Source of the DNA: Gemmatimonadaceae bacterium
GTDB taxonomy: Bacteria; Gemmatimonadota; Gemmatimonadetes; Gemmatimonadales; Gemmatimonadaceae
Assembly (NCBI GenBank): GCA_033763905.1
Contig: JANRJP010000104.1
Span: 1 to 42,909 of the forward strand
Direction: 5' to 3'
Length of the DNA stretch: 42,909 bases
Shown here: positions 25,480-34,905 of the stretch, piece after piece
How positions within the stretch are numbered: the stretch's first letter is position 1
How the letters are laid out: the number at the start of each line of letters is the position of its first letter
The notes under the pieces: generated by a model
What the model was told of the DNA's origin: nothing
Seen by the model: the letters and a program-made list of their open reading frames with translations, nothing else
Database searches by the model: none
Program-made: the position numbers and the translations under genes

Positions 25480-27129
25480 ATGTCGACGTTCCTGCCGCCC
25501 GCCGGTTTCGCCGGTCTCCGCCGCGTGCCTTCCCCGCGCAACGAAGTTGTCCGCAGCTACGCGCCGGGCTCCCCGGAGCGTGCCTCGCTCAAGGCCCGCC
25601 TAGCGTCGATGGCCGCGGAGAAGATCGAGATCCCGGTCGTCATCGGCGGCGAACGGTTCACCACCGGGGAGACGGCCTCGGCCGTGATGCCGCACGCGCA
25701 CGGGCACGTGCTGGCGACCTGGCACAAGGCATCGAGCGACCACGTGGCCAAGGCCGTGGCGGCCTCGCTCAAGGCGCGCGAAGACTGGGCCCGCTGGCCG
25801 TGGGAAGAGCGCGCGGCGGTGTTCCTCAAGGCGGCGGAGTTGCTGGCCACCACCTGGCGCGACACGATCAACGCCGCAACGATGCTCGGCCAGTCGAAGA
25901 CGGTGCACCAGGCGGAAATCGACGCCGCCTGCGAGCTGGCAGACTTCTGGCGCTTCAACTGCGCCTTCGCGCAGGAGCTCTACGGCGAGCAGCCGATCTC
26001 CGATCCGTCGATGTGGAACCAGCTCGAGTACCGGCCGCTCGAAGGCTTCGTGTACGCGGTGACGCCGTTCAACTTCACCGCCATCGGGGGCAACTTGCCC
26101 ACCGCACCGGCGCTGATGGGCAACGCCGCGATCTGGAAGCCCGCCGGCACCGCGATGCTTTCGGCGTGGTACGTGTTCCGCCTGCTCGAAGAAGCGGGCG
26201 TGCCGCCCGGCGTGATCAACTTCCTCCCCGGTGACGCGGCGATGATTTCGGATCGCCTGCTCGTGGATCCGCATCTGGCGGGCGTGCACTTCACCGGCTC
26301 GACCGGCGTCTTCAACTCGATGTGGAAGACCATCGGCGCCAATATGTCGTCCTACAAGTCCTACCCGCGCATCGTCGGCGAGACGGGCGGCAAGGACTTC
26401 ATCATCGCGCACCCCTCGGCGGATGTGCAGGCACTGGCGGTGGCCATCGTTCGCGGTGGCTTCGAGTATCAGGGCCAGAAGTGCTCGGCGGCGAGCCGCG
26501 TGTACGTGCCCAAGTCGCTGTGGCCCACGCTGAAGGCGAAGGTCGCCGAGATGATTGCCGAGCTCAAGGTCGGCGACACGCGGGACTTCTCGAACTTCAT
26601 GGGCGCGGTGATCGACCAGAAGGCGTTCGACAAGCACGTTGAGTATCTCGCCTACGCCAAGGCGAACGGCACGGTGGTGGCCGGCGGTACCGCCGACAAG
26701 TCGGTGGGCTACTTCGTGCAGCCGACGTTCGTGCAGGTGACCGATCCGGCGAGCCGCCTGCTGCAGGAAGAGATCTTCGGCCCGATCGTCACCGCCTACG
26801 TGTACGACGACCCGCAGTGGCACGAGACGCTGGCGCTCGTCGACCGCACGTCGCCCTACGCGCTGACCGGCGCGATCTTCTCGCAGGACCGCGCACGCCT
26901 CTGGGAAGCCGCGAGCGTGCTGCGTAATGCGGCCGGCAACCTGTACCTGAACGACAAGCCGACGGGCGCCGTGGTGGGCCAGCAGCCCTTCGGTGGTGCG
27001 CGCGGCTCGGGCACCAACGACAAGGCCGGCTCCAAGCTCAACCTCGTCCGCTGGACGAGCGCGCGGAACGTGAAGGAAACCTTCGTCCCGCCGCACGACT
27101 GGCGCTATCCGTTCCTGGGCGCGGAATGA
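25480..27129 (+). CDS. pruA: L-glutamate gamma-semialdehyde (P5C) dehydrogenase
   Basis: NEVVRSYAPGSPER, PFNFTAIGGN, FTGST, GETGGKDF, EYQGQKCSA (catalytic Cys), EEIFGP, QQPFGGARGSGTNDKAG. Confidence 0.95.
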   Translation: MSTFLPPAGFAGLRRVPSPRNEVVRSYAPGSPERASLKARLASMAAEKIEIPVVIGGERFTTGETASAVMPHAHGHVLATWHKASSDHVAKAVAASLKAREDWARWPWEERAAVFLKAAELLATTWRDTINAATMLGQSKTVHQAEIDAACELADFWRFNCAFAQELYGEQPISDPSMWNQLEYRPLEGFVYAVTPFNFTAIGGNLPTAPALMGNAAIWKPAGTAMLSAWYVFRLLEEAGVPPGVINFLPGDAAMISDRLLVDPHLAGVHFTGSTGVFNSMWKTIGANMSSYKSYPRIVGETGGKDFIIAHPSADVQALAVAIVRGGFEYQGQKCSAASRVYVPKSLWPTLKAKVAEMIAELKVGDTRDFSNFMGAVIDQKAFDKHVEYLAYAKANGTVVAGGTADKSVGYFVQPTFVQVTDPASRLLQEEIFGPIVTAYVYDDPQWHETLALVDRTSPYALTGAIFSQDRARLWEAASVLRNAAGNLYLNDKPTGAVVGQQPFGGARGSGTNDKAGSKLNLVRWTSARNVKETFVPPHDWRYPFLGAE

Positions 27130-28043
27130 TCGGACGGCGGGAGTACATCACGGCGGACGTCTTCACCGACGTCCGCTTCGGCGGCAATCAGTTGGCGGTG
27201 GTGCTCGACGGCACGGGCCTCACCACCGACGAGATGCAGGCGATCACGCGCGAGTTCAACTACGCCGAGAGCACCTTCGTGCTCCCGCCCGAGAACCCCG
27301 CCCACGCGGCTCGGGTGCGCATTTTCACGATCGCCCACGAAATGCCCTTTGCCGGGCATCCGACGGTCGGCACGGCCTTCGTGCTGGCCGCGCTGGGCCG
27401 CATTCCGCTGACGGGCGACGAGACGCGCATCGTGCTCGAGCTCAACGTCGGGCCGACGCCGGTCGTCATTCGCGCCGTCGATGGCGTGCCGGTGTTCACG
27501 CAGCTGACGACCGCAACACTCCCTGAAGTCGGCCCCCCGCCGCCGACGCGTGCCACCCTGGCGGCGATGTTGGGGCTCGAAGCCAACGACCTCGGCTCGG
27601 GCACCTCGGCGCCGCAGGCGGTGAGCTGCGGGTTTCCGTTCTTGATCGTGCCGGTCAAGGACCGCGCCGCGCTGGCCAAGGCGCGACTCAAGCTCGACCT
27701 CTACGAGTCGACGCTCGCCAACTGGTGGGCGAAGGACGTGTACGTGTTCACGCGCACGGGCTGCGACGACGGCTTCGACGTGCACGCGCGGATGTTCGGG
27801 CCGGGCGCCGGCGTGCCGGAGGATCCGGCCACGGGCTCGGCAGCGGCCGCACTGGCGGGCTATCTCGCGGCGCGCGAATCGGCCAAGGACGGCACGTTCT
27901 CGTGGGCGATTGCACAGGGCCTCGAGATGGGCCGCCCCAGCCGCATCGAGATCGAAGCCGACAAGGCGGCCGGGGCCGTGAGCGCCGTCCGCGTCGGCGG
28001 CCGCAGTGTGTTGGTCGCGCGGGGCGAATTGCTGGCGGAGTAG
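27126..28043 (+). CDS. PhzF family isomerase/epimerase
   Basis: DVFT...GGNQLAVV, AESTFV, EMPFAGHPT, EDPATGSA, QGLEMGRPS. ATGA overlap with pruA. Confidence 0.92.
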   Translation: MIGRREYITADVFTDVRFGGNQLAVVLDGTGLTTDEMQAITREFNYAESTFVLPPENPAHAARVRIFTIAHEMPFAGHPTVGTAFVLAALGRIPLTGDETRIVLELNVGPTPVVIRAVDGVPVFTQLTTATLPEVGPPPPTRATLAAMLGLEANDLGSGTSAPQAVSCGFPFLIVPVKDRAALAKARLKLDLYESTLANWWAKDVYVFTRTGCDDGFDVHARMFGPGAGVPEDPATGSAAAALAGYLAARESAKDGTFSWAIAQGLEMGRPSRIEIEADKAAGAVSAVRVGGRSVLVARGELLAE

Positions 28044-28046
28044 ACG

Positions 28047-29111
28047 ATGTACGACCGGTGTCTGTTCTGCCGAGCGCCGTTCGGAGTCAACGAGGTGGTG
28101 GAGCATTTCCCCGTCGGACGCCGGTTGGCGTTCGACGGGGCCAGAGGACGCCTGTGGGCAGTGTGCCCGTCGTGCGAGCGGTGGAATCTCGTCCCGCTCG
28201 AAGAGCGGTGGGAGGCGATCGAAGATGCCGAGCGGTTGTATCGGGCGACGCCCACGCGCGTGTCCACCGACGAGATCGGCTTGGCCCGCGTGCGTGAAGG
28301 GACGGAGCTGATTCGGGTCGGGGCGCCGCTCCGGCCGGAATTCGCGGCGTGGCGCTACGGCGATCAATTCGGTCGGCGACGACGCAAGACGATGGTCCGC
28401 ACGGCGGGCGCCGCCGTCGCGGGTGGTGCGGTGCTGGTGGGGGCGGCCACGGCGATGGTCGCGCTGCCAGCGGCGGTCTCGGCGATCGGCATCATCACGA
28501 GCGTGGCGGCGCGGTGGCTGCAATCGGCTGGCGTCGGGCCAATGGCACCGGTGCGCTTTGTCTCGGACGATGGCTCGACCCATCGGTCGGTCCGAATGGC
28601 CCTCCAGTCGCTCGAACTGCGCTTCGAGTCCGGGCGGCTCGTGTGCGCGGCCGACATCTGGCGCCAGAACCCATCTGACGAGCTGATCAAGAGCAATCAA
28701 GAACTCCTGCGGCTCACGTCCAGCGGCGACGCGGCACGCGGCAATGCGGCGCGGCTCTTGCCAATGCTCAACGCCGACGGAGGCGCCGCCCCCGTCGTGC
28801 GGCGCGCGGTGGATGCCATCGAGTCGGCGGGACATCCCGACGCCTTCCTGCCTGCGGCATTGCGGGAACTGTCGCGCCGAGGACTCGCCTACTCGTCTGT
28901 GTTGGCGTACCCCCTGCAGACGCGTCTCGCGCTCGAAATGGCGCTGCACGAATCCGCCGAGCGGGAGGCCATCGACGCCGACCTCGCGCCGTTGCGCGAC
29001 GCGTGGCGCGAAGCGGAGACCATTGCCGCGATTGCCGATACCCTCGAGCTGCCGGCGGGTGTGGAGACCACGCTCGACACCCTGCGTCGCTCAGCGCAAC
29101 GGACCGACTGA
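28047..29111 (+). CDS. Hypothetical protein with CxxC...CxxC Zn site and membrane segment
   Basis: CLFC and CPSC near the N-terminus, a hydrophobic segment, and a C-terminal helix RLALEMALHE..ER....WREAE.IAAIAD. Starts 3 nt after the PhzF stop. Confidence 0.72.
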   Translation: MYDRCLFCRAPFGVNEVVEHFPVGRRLAFDGARGRLWAVCPSCERWNLVPLEERWEAIEDAERLYRATPTRVSTDEIGLARVREGTELIRVGAPLRPEFAAWRYGDQFGRRRRKTMVRTAGAAVAGGAVLVGAATAMVALPAAVSAIGIITSVAARWLQSAGVGPMAPVRFVSDDGSTHRSVRMALQSLELRFESGRLVCAADIWRQNPSDELIKSNQELLRLTSSGDAARGNAARLLPMLNADGGAAPVVRRAVDAIESAGHPDAFLPAALRELSRRGLAYSSVLAYPLQTRLALEMALHESAEREAIDADLAPLRDAWREAETIAAIADTLELPAGVETTLDTLRRSAQRTD

Positions 29112-30044
29112 GGTCCAGAGCGCCCGCGACACGGCGGGCGGACAGCGGTCGTGGCGCGAGGCCGCACGGCTCCGCGACCGCCACAGCGCCGTGACGAATC
29201 CGGCGGCCAGACGGACGCGACTCCCACCAGCGGCACCGCGCAACAGCGTGCCGCCGTGTTCGCGCAGTTGGCGATAGGTGATGTCCTTCCAGAACTCGCC
29301 GTGCGGGTACAGGTGCCGCCACGCGAAGTACAGCACCGGATCGAAGCGCGCCGCCACATCGGCCACCGACACGCGCGGCGCCTGACGCGTGCCACCGGAG
29401 GGCGCTTCCAAATGCAACAGATCGGCTGCCGGCACATACGCCACGCGTCCACCCGCCCAGAGGAGCCGGAGCATCAGATCCGTCTCTTCGCGCAACGCCC
29501 AGCCGTCGTACGTCTCGTCGTACCCGCCCGCGGCCAGCGCCGCCTCGCGACGCACGGCGTGGTTGCAGCCGCGGACCGACGCGACACGCGCGACCGGCGT
29601 TGCGCTGCTCACATCGAGATAGTGGTAGTCGCGAATCATCGGCCACGACGCGCGAGCGGGCCACGGGCGCGGCGTCGGCACCCGGACGCGTCCGCCGGCG
29701 GCCACCACATCGGCCGGCGCGAATGCCTCACGATAGGCCGCCAAGAATCCGGGCGCGAGCACGACGTCGTCGTCGAGAAAGACCACGACGTCGCTCCGCA
29801 GCTCGCGCAGCGCCCGATTGCGCGCTTTGGTCAGACTGGGCGCCTGCGTCAGCACCTGCAGCACCCCCGCCGACACCCACGCGGCGAGCTGCGTCGCCAC
29901 GTGCGGTTCGTGCGCGGGCGTCTGGTCCACCACCAGCAGGGGCACGCCCGGACACTCGGCCAGCACGCTGGCGATCGTGTCGAGCAGCACCTGCTCGCGG
30001 CGGAATGTCGGAATGGCTATCGCAAAGGTGGTCGCACCGGACAT
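29091..30044 (-). CDS. Glycosyltransferase family 2
   Basis: IAIPTFRR, VVDQ, ARNRAL, VVFLDDD, GCNHAVRR.....GGYDE, EETDL..R. ATG 30044. Confidence 0.9.
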   Translation of the reverse strand: MSGATTFAIAIPTFRREQVLLDTIASVLAECPGVPLLVVDQTPAHEPHVATQLAAWVSAGVLQVLTQAPSLTKARNRALRELRSDVVVFLDDDVVLAPGFLAAYREAFAPADVVAAGGRVRVPTPRPWPARASWPMIRDYHYLDVSSATPVARVASVRGCNHAVRREAALAAGGYDETYDGWALREETDLMLRLLWAGGRVAYVPAADLLHLEAPSGGTRQAPRVSVADVAARFDPVLYFAWRHLYPHGEFWKDITYRQLREHGGTLLRGAAGGSRVRLAAGFVTALWRSRSRAASRHDRCPPAVSRALWTSVGPLR

Positions 30045-30045
30045 C

Positions 30046-32595
30046 CTAGAATCGTACGTCCACCGAGAAGTCGGCGCGCCACTGGCGCGTCGGCGCGAGG
30101 CCGCGGGCGACGTCCATCCGGAACAGGCCGTCGAGCATCGACACACCAACGCCGGCCCCGCGGAGCAGGGTCTGCCCGCTTGCCGCGAAGCGCTCGCGCG
30201 CACCAGCCCAGCCGAGGTCGTAGAAGACCGACGGCCGGAACACCGCGCCGCCACCGCCCAATTCGCTGCGCGCAAACCAGAACGCGTTGCCGGCGTAGCC
30301 CGGCGCGATTCCCACGAACTGTCCGCGCACGGTCTGCAAGCCGCCCAAGTAGAACGCGCGCTGGGCGGGGACCTGCCCTGCCGTGGTCCCGGCGGCCCCC
30401 GTCACGGCCAGCGACGACCACGTACCGAAGCCGCGCGTGATCGTGAGGTCAGCGACGGTGCGCCCGTACGCGCTCGTGCCCGCGGCTCCCTCCAGCTTGG
30501 CCGAACCAAACGCACGCCAGCCCGCCGGGTTGAGGCCCCACGACCGCCGCAGCACCCCCTCGACACCCGCCCACGTGCCGGCCTGCGCGGCCAGCTCGGG
30601 GCCGAATCGCACGTCGTTGCTCCCGCCAAACACCGACCAGCGCGTCGTCACCGCGGCGCGCGACTGCCCTTGCACGAAGCCGCGAAGCATCGTCTCGCCT
30701 GCGGGATCGGCGCGCCATTCGAGCTCGCCGCCCCACGCCCGGTAGTACATCCCGTCGTCGTGGGCGTAGAGCAGCGCGCCGGTGGCAGCGCCGAACGCCA
30801 ACGGCTGGCCGAAGTCCGTCGCCGTCTCCATCCGTCGATACACGCGCGCGGTGAGACTGCGACGCCCGGTGGTTCGCGTCGCTTCGAGGCCACCGAGCGG
30901 CTGGCGATCGCCTATGCCAATGCGGGCGTCGGCGCGCACCGAGTAGCCCAGGCCGAGATCCTGCCGGGCCCCGACACCGATCGAGAGCCCTTCAGCACGG
31001 TTGTAGCGGACGGCACCCTCGGCCAGGGCGAACTCGAGCGCGATCGGCTTCGGCGCCAGATCGGCCTGCAGATCGAAATTGAGTTCCTTGAGCAACGCGT
31101 CGCGCTCGGTAACGCCGAACAGTTCTTCGCCCGGCTCGAAGATCGAACCCGGTAGCGCCGTCGAGTTGATCAGGGCCTCGCGATCGCAGGGCACGCGCGA
31201 CAGCATCGGCAGCGCGCCGTTGTAGATCCGGCCGCTACGCACTTTCATCCCCGTTTCGGCGCAGGTGAGCTGGTCGGTGGCGCGGCTCGAATCGCGTCGA
31301 GCCGTCGCTGCGGCCCTTCGCAGCTTGCGCGCTTCCACGGTATCGCCGGCCGCACGCGCCGCTCGGGCGGCGGCGCGCAGGCTGTCGGGGGACGGGATCG
31401 ATGCGAGCAATCGGCGCGCGGAGTCCGCCGTGATCCGCGGCAGATCGGGGCCTAGGTCGTTCGGGTCATCGACGTCGCTTCCGATCGAGACGTTCACATT
31501 CACGCCGTCTCCGCTCCGGGATCCGTCGGGCGGCAGCGTGATTTTCGGGAGTGTCGCGTCGACGACATTGACGCTCGCGTACTTGTAGCGCTCTTCGTAG
31601 CGCACGGGAACGCGCATGAAGCTGATCTGCGCGCTGCCGCTCATCGCCTGCGTGCGAGGCAACCAGACCCCGTTGAACAGTCCGTAGTCGATCGTGACGC
31701 CTTCGAGCGAGCCCTTCATCGGGAAGATCATCGGCTTCACCCACAGCGGCACGTCCTCGAACGCGTCCTTGTCGTCCTCTTCGGCAACCTGCTTGATGTC
31801 CATATCGATCGAGAACCGATACGCCGCGCGCACCAGTTGCCCGGTGGCGACATCGAACCAGAACGAGCCCACGATCAGGCGCCACTCGGGTCGCCGGGCG
31901 CTCACGCGCAGTTCGCGCAGGGTAATCGTGCGCCCGTTGCCGAGCGCCAACTGCAGCGAGTCTCCGACCGCGTAGCGGTAGTAGGCCTCGGAGCCTCGGG
32001 CCAGCGGGTGAATGACCTCGTCGGGATCGACGTCGGCCTGCGCGACACCGGCACCAAACCACAGGGCTTCTCGGCCGGGGTAGTACGGTGCGGTGGGGAT
32101 GTCGGCTTCGACGCGCGACTTGGTGCCGGACGCGATGGGCACCACCGCGCGTGAGCCCAGGATGTCCATCACCGCCCCGCTGCCCCGCTGCCAGCGGACG
32201 CGTGCCGCGGTCTCGGTGCGGAAGGCCAAGCGCTCGCGGCCGATCGATCGCACGCCGAGGCCGACCGAAATTCGACTGTACGACGTGGCGTCGTACGCCA
32301 TAATGCTGGAGTCCTGCCGCACGCGCGCCTCGCGCGCCTGCAACAGCAATCGCCGGGCCGCCTCGGTCGAGAAGGCGCTCGCTTCGAGCGCGGGCGTGAC
32401 CGGAATCGGGGCCCGCTTGGGACGCTTCGTGCGACCGCTGGAGTCCGCGCCGGCGGAGTCGGCCGCGACGGCCGCGCTGTCGGGTTGATCGCGCCGTCGG
32501 TCGGGACGGGCGCTGGAATCGGAACGGGCCTGCGCGCTTGCCGCGGGGGCGAACGCAAGAAGAGCCGCCGCGGCGGCAAACACTCGATGGCGCAT
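30046..32595 (-). CDS. Large exported protein with probable C-terminal outer-membrane beta-barrel (BamA/TamA/ShlB-like or DUF5686-like)
   Basis: Signal peptide; RYNRAEGL, FYLGGLQTVRG, FYDLGWA, GAGVG.S..DG.FRMD.ARG; C-terminal beta-signal VDVRF. Confidence 0.72.
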   Translation of the reverse strand: MRHRVFAAAAALLAFAPAASAQARSDSSARPDRRRDQPDSAAVAADSAGADSSGRTKRPKRAPIPVTPALEASAFSTEAARRLLLQAREARVRQDSSIMAYDATSYSRISVGLGVRSIGRERLAFRTETAARVRWQRGSGAVMDILGSRAVVPIASGTKSRVEADIPTAPYYPGREALWFGAGVAQADVDPDEVIHPLARGSEAYYRYAVGDSLQLALGNGRTITLRELRVSARRPEWRLIVGSFWFDVATGQLVRAAYRFSIDMDIKQVAEEDDKDAFEDVPLWVKPMIFPMKGSLEGVTIDYGLFNGVWLPRTQAMSGSAQISFMRVPVRYEERYKYASVNVVDATLPKITLPPDGSRSGDGVNVNVSIGSDVDDPNDLGPDLPRITADSARRLLASIPSPDSLRAAARAARAAGDTVEARKLRRAAATARRDSSRATDQLTCAETGMKVRSGRIYNGALPMLSRVPCDREALINSTALPGSIFEPGEELFGVTERDALLKELNFDLQADLAPKPIALEFALAEGAVRYNRAEGLSIGVGARQDLGLGYSVRADARIGIGDRQPLGGLEATRTTGRRSLTARVYRRMETATDFGQPLAFGAATGALLYAHDDGMYYRAWGGELEWRADPAGETMLRGFVQGQSRAAVTTRWSVFGGSNDVRFGPELAAQAGTWAGVEGVLRRSWGLNPAGWRAFGSAKLEGAAGTSAYGRTVADLTITRGFGTWSSLAVTGAAGTTAGQVPAQRAFYLGGLQTVRGQFVGIAPGYAGNAFWFARSELGGGGAVFRPSVFYDLGWAGARERFAASGQTLLRGAGVGVSMLDGLFRMDVARGLAPTRQWRADFSVDVRF

Positions 32596-32675
32596 ACCCT
32601 AGCCTACGGGGGAGGCCAGCCCGGCGGTTTCGACCGTACAGGGGGGAGGGGTGGGGACCGATACTCCCAAGGGAT

Positions 32676-33914
32676 ATGAGCACTTTCGTCGCCCTCCAGC
32701 CCTGTTTCGACCGGGACGAGCGAGTCCGCGCGTATGCCGTCGGCTACCGCGCCCGGCTGCCGCTGGAGCTGTCGGACACCGCCGATCCAGCCGCCGCGTC
32801 CCTCAAGGCCGTGCTGGATGCGCTGTTCTCCGAGGGGGTCTCACGGGTGACTGGCGGCCAGCCCGGCCTCTTGCGGGTGCAGCGGCATCAGCTGGGCGAT
32901 CCGCAGCTGCGCCGCCTCGACCCCGACGCAATGCTGCTGCTCATCGATGGGACGAACGACCCTGGGGCGGGGCTCGCGGCCTTTGCGGCCCGCCCCTTGG
33001 CCGACGCCGGCTACGGGCTCGTGCTCGACGTGCCGGCCGATGGCGGCGTGGCCGCGTCTCTCCTCGAGTGGGCCCGCTACCTCCTGGTGGATGTCGCGGG
33101 CGCCCCTGCCGCCCGCGTCGCGCCGCGCATTGCCGCGCTGCGCCCGCTCGGGAAGCCCATCATCGTGCGCAACGCCCCACCGCTGAGCACGAGCGCGGAG
33201 TGGGCGGCGGCTGGTGCCGAACTCGTCCAGTGGGCCGCGCTGGCCGCGAGTCCCAAGCGCGTGGAGCAAGCGGGCAAGGGCATCAATGACGCCAACGCCC
33301 TGCGGATGCTGGGCAGTCTGCGCGACCCGAAGGTGCACGACACCGTGCTCGAAGACGGATTCACGCGCGATCTGGCCCTGTCGTACGAACTGCTCAAGCT
33401 GGTGAACAGTGCCTCCGTGGCGGGTCGCGAGATCTACTCGATCGGCCACGCGATCCGATTGCTCGGACGGGATGTGATCTACCAGCGGCTGGCCGCGCTG
33501 GTGCTGCGGTCGCTCGGCGATCGCGGGGTGCGTGCCGAGTTGTCGCACCGCGCGCTGGTCCGCGGCCGCTTCGCCGAGCAGATGGCGGAAGAAGTCGGCA
33601 TTCCCAAGGCGGCGGGCCCGCTCTTCACCGTGGGTTTTCTGTCGGCGCTGCCAGACTTGCTGGGCGTGCCGAAGTACGACCTCGGTCGGCACGTCCCGCT
33701 GGCCCCCGACGTCCGCGCCGCGATCGAGCATCACGCCGACTTCTACGGCGCGGTGTTGGCGCTGGTCGAGGCGTGGGAGGCCGAACGCTGGGACGGGGTC
33801 CTCGTGCGCTGTGCGGCGGAAGGCATCGCACCGGACGGGCTGGCCTCGCGATATCTCCGTGCGGTGGCGTGGGCGCGGACGCAGTTGACCGGTCCAATGG
33901 CCGCTGCCGCCTGA
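32676..33914 (+). CDS. Degenerate EAL plus HDOD domain protein (YuxH-like)
   Basis: FVALQPCFDRD..V.AY (EAL-like start); DLALSYELLKLVNSA, SIGHAIRLLG, RGRFAE, FTVGFLS (HDOD). Confidence 0.82.
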   Translation: MSTFVALQPCFDRDERVRAYAVGYRARLPLELSDTADPAAASLKAVLDALFSEGVSRVTGGQPGLLRVQRHQLGDPQLRRLDPDAMLLLIDGTNDPGAGLAAFAARPLADAGYGLVLDVPADGGVAASLLEWARYLLVDVAGAPAARVAPRIAALRPLGKPIIVRNAPPLSTSAEWAAAGAELVQWAALAASPKRVEQAGKGINDANALRMLGSLRDPKVHDTVLEDGFTRDLALSYELLKLVNSASVAGREIYSIGHAIRLLGRDVIYQRLAALVLRSLGDRGVRAELSHRALVRGRFAEQMAEEVGIPKAAGPLFTVGFLSALPDLLGVPKYDLGRHVPLAPDVRAAIEHHADFYGAVLALVEAWEAERWDGVLVRCAAEGIAPDGLASRYLRAVAWARTQLTGPMAAAA

Positions 33915-33933
33915 GGCGGCGTATCTTGTGGCG

Positions 33934-34905
33934 GTGACCGCTCCCGCCACGACGCACGAACCGGCTTCGGCCGCTGCTCCGGCATTCGCCCTCGAAGTAC
34001 GCGGGCTGGTCAAGCGCTACGGTGACGTGACCGCCGTGGCCGGCTTGTCGTTTGCCGTGCGCGCTGGCGAGTGCTTCGGGCTGCTCGGCCCGAACGGGGC
34101 CGGCAAGACGACGACGCTCGAAATCTGTGAAGGGCTCAACAGCGCCGACGAAGGCGACGTGATCGTCCTCGGCCGCAGCTGGCGTCGCGACCCGCAGTGG
34201 CTGCGTGACCGGATCGGATTGTCGCTGCAGGAGACGCAGCTGTCCGAGAAGCTTTCGGTGTACGAGACGCTGCGACTGTTTGCGAGCTTCTACCAGAAGC
34301 CGCGCATGGTGAACGACGTGATTCCGCTCGTGGGACTCGAGGAAAAGCGCGACGCCTACGTCGGCGGGTTGTCGGGCGGACAGAAGCAGCGGCTCGCGAT
34401 CGCGTGCGCGCTGGTGGGCGACCCCAAGCTGCTGTTTCTCGATGAGCCGACGACCGGGCTCGACCCGCAGTCGCGGCGCGCCTTGTGGGATCTGGTGGAG
34501 CAATACAAGCGCGACGGTGGGACCGTCGTGCTCACCACGCACTATATGGACGAGGCCGAGCGACTCTGCGACCGGATCGCCATCGTCGATCACGGCAAGG
34601 TGATCGCCGAGGGTACGCCGCGCGCGTTGATTGCCGGCCTTGGGGCCGATCAAGTGGTGCGCTTTCAGCTCTCCGACGGCGCGGCGGTCCCGTCCGCCCT
34701 GCTCGAATCGCTGCCCGGGGTGCGCGTAGTGGCGACGTCGGACGACGGCTACGAGTTGCAGTGCGCGGCCGTGCACGAAACCCTGCCCGCCCTGCTGCAG
34801 CTGATTGCGCAGCGGAACGCGCGACTCGCGGACCTTCGCACCCACGCGCCCACGCTGGAAGACGTGTTCGTCGCGCTGACGGGCCGCGCGCTGCGGGAGA
34901 GCTGA
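33934..34905 (+). CDS. ABC transporter ATP-binding protein (DrrA/NodI-like)
   Basis: GPNGAGKTT, LSGGQKQR, LFLDEPTTGLDP, TTHYMDEAE. Start GTG 33934 or 33928. Confidence 0.93.
   Translation: MTAPATTHEPASAAAPAFALEVRGLVKRYGDVTAVAGLSFAVRAGECFGLLGPNGAGKTTTLEICEGLNSADEGDVIVLGRSWRRDPQWLRDRIGLSLQETQLSEKLSVYETLRLFASFYQKPRMVNDVIPLVGLEEKRDAYVGGLSGGQKQRLAIACALVGDPKLLFLDEPTTGLDPQSRRALWDLVEQYKRDGGTVVLTTHYMDEAERLCDRIAIVDHGKVIAEGTPRALIAGLGADQVVRFQLSDGAAVPSALLESLPGVRVVATSDDGYELQCAAVHETLPALLQLIAQRNARLADLRTHAPTLEDVFVALTGRALRES

Noticed and set aside
27126..28043. Phenazine biosynthesis cluster
   Set aside because: Only a lone PhzF-family gene; no phzA/B/D/E/G homologs.
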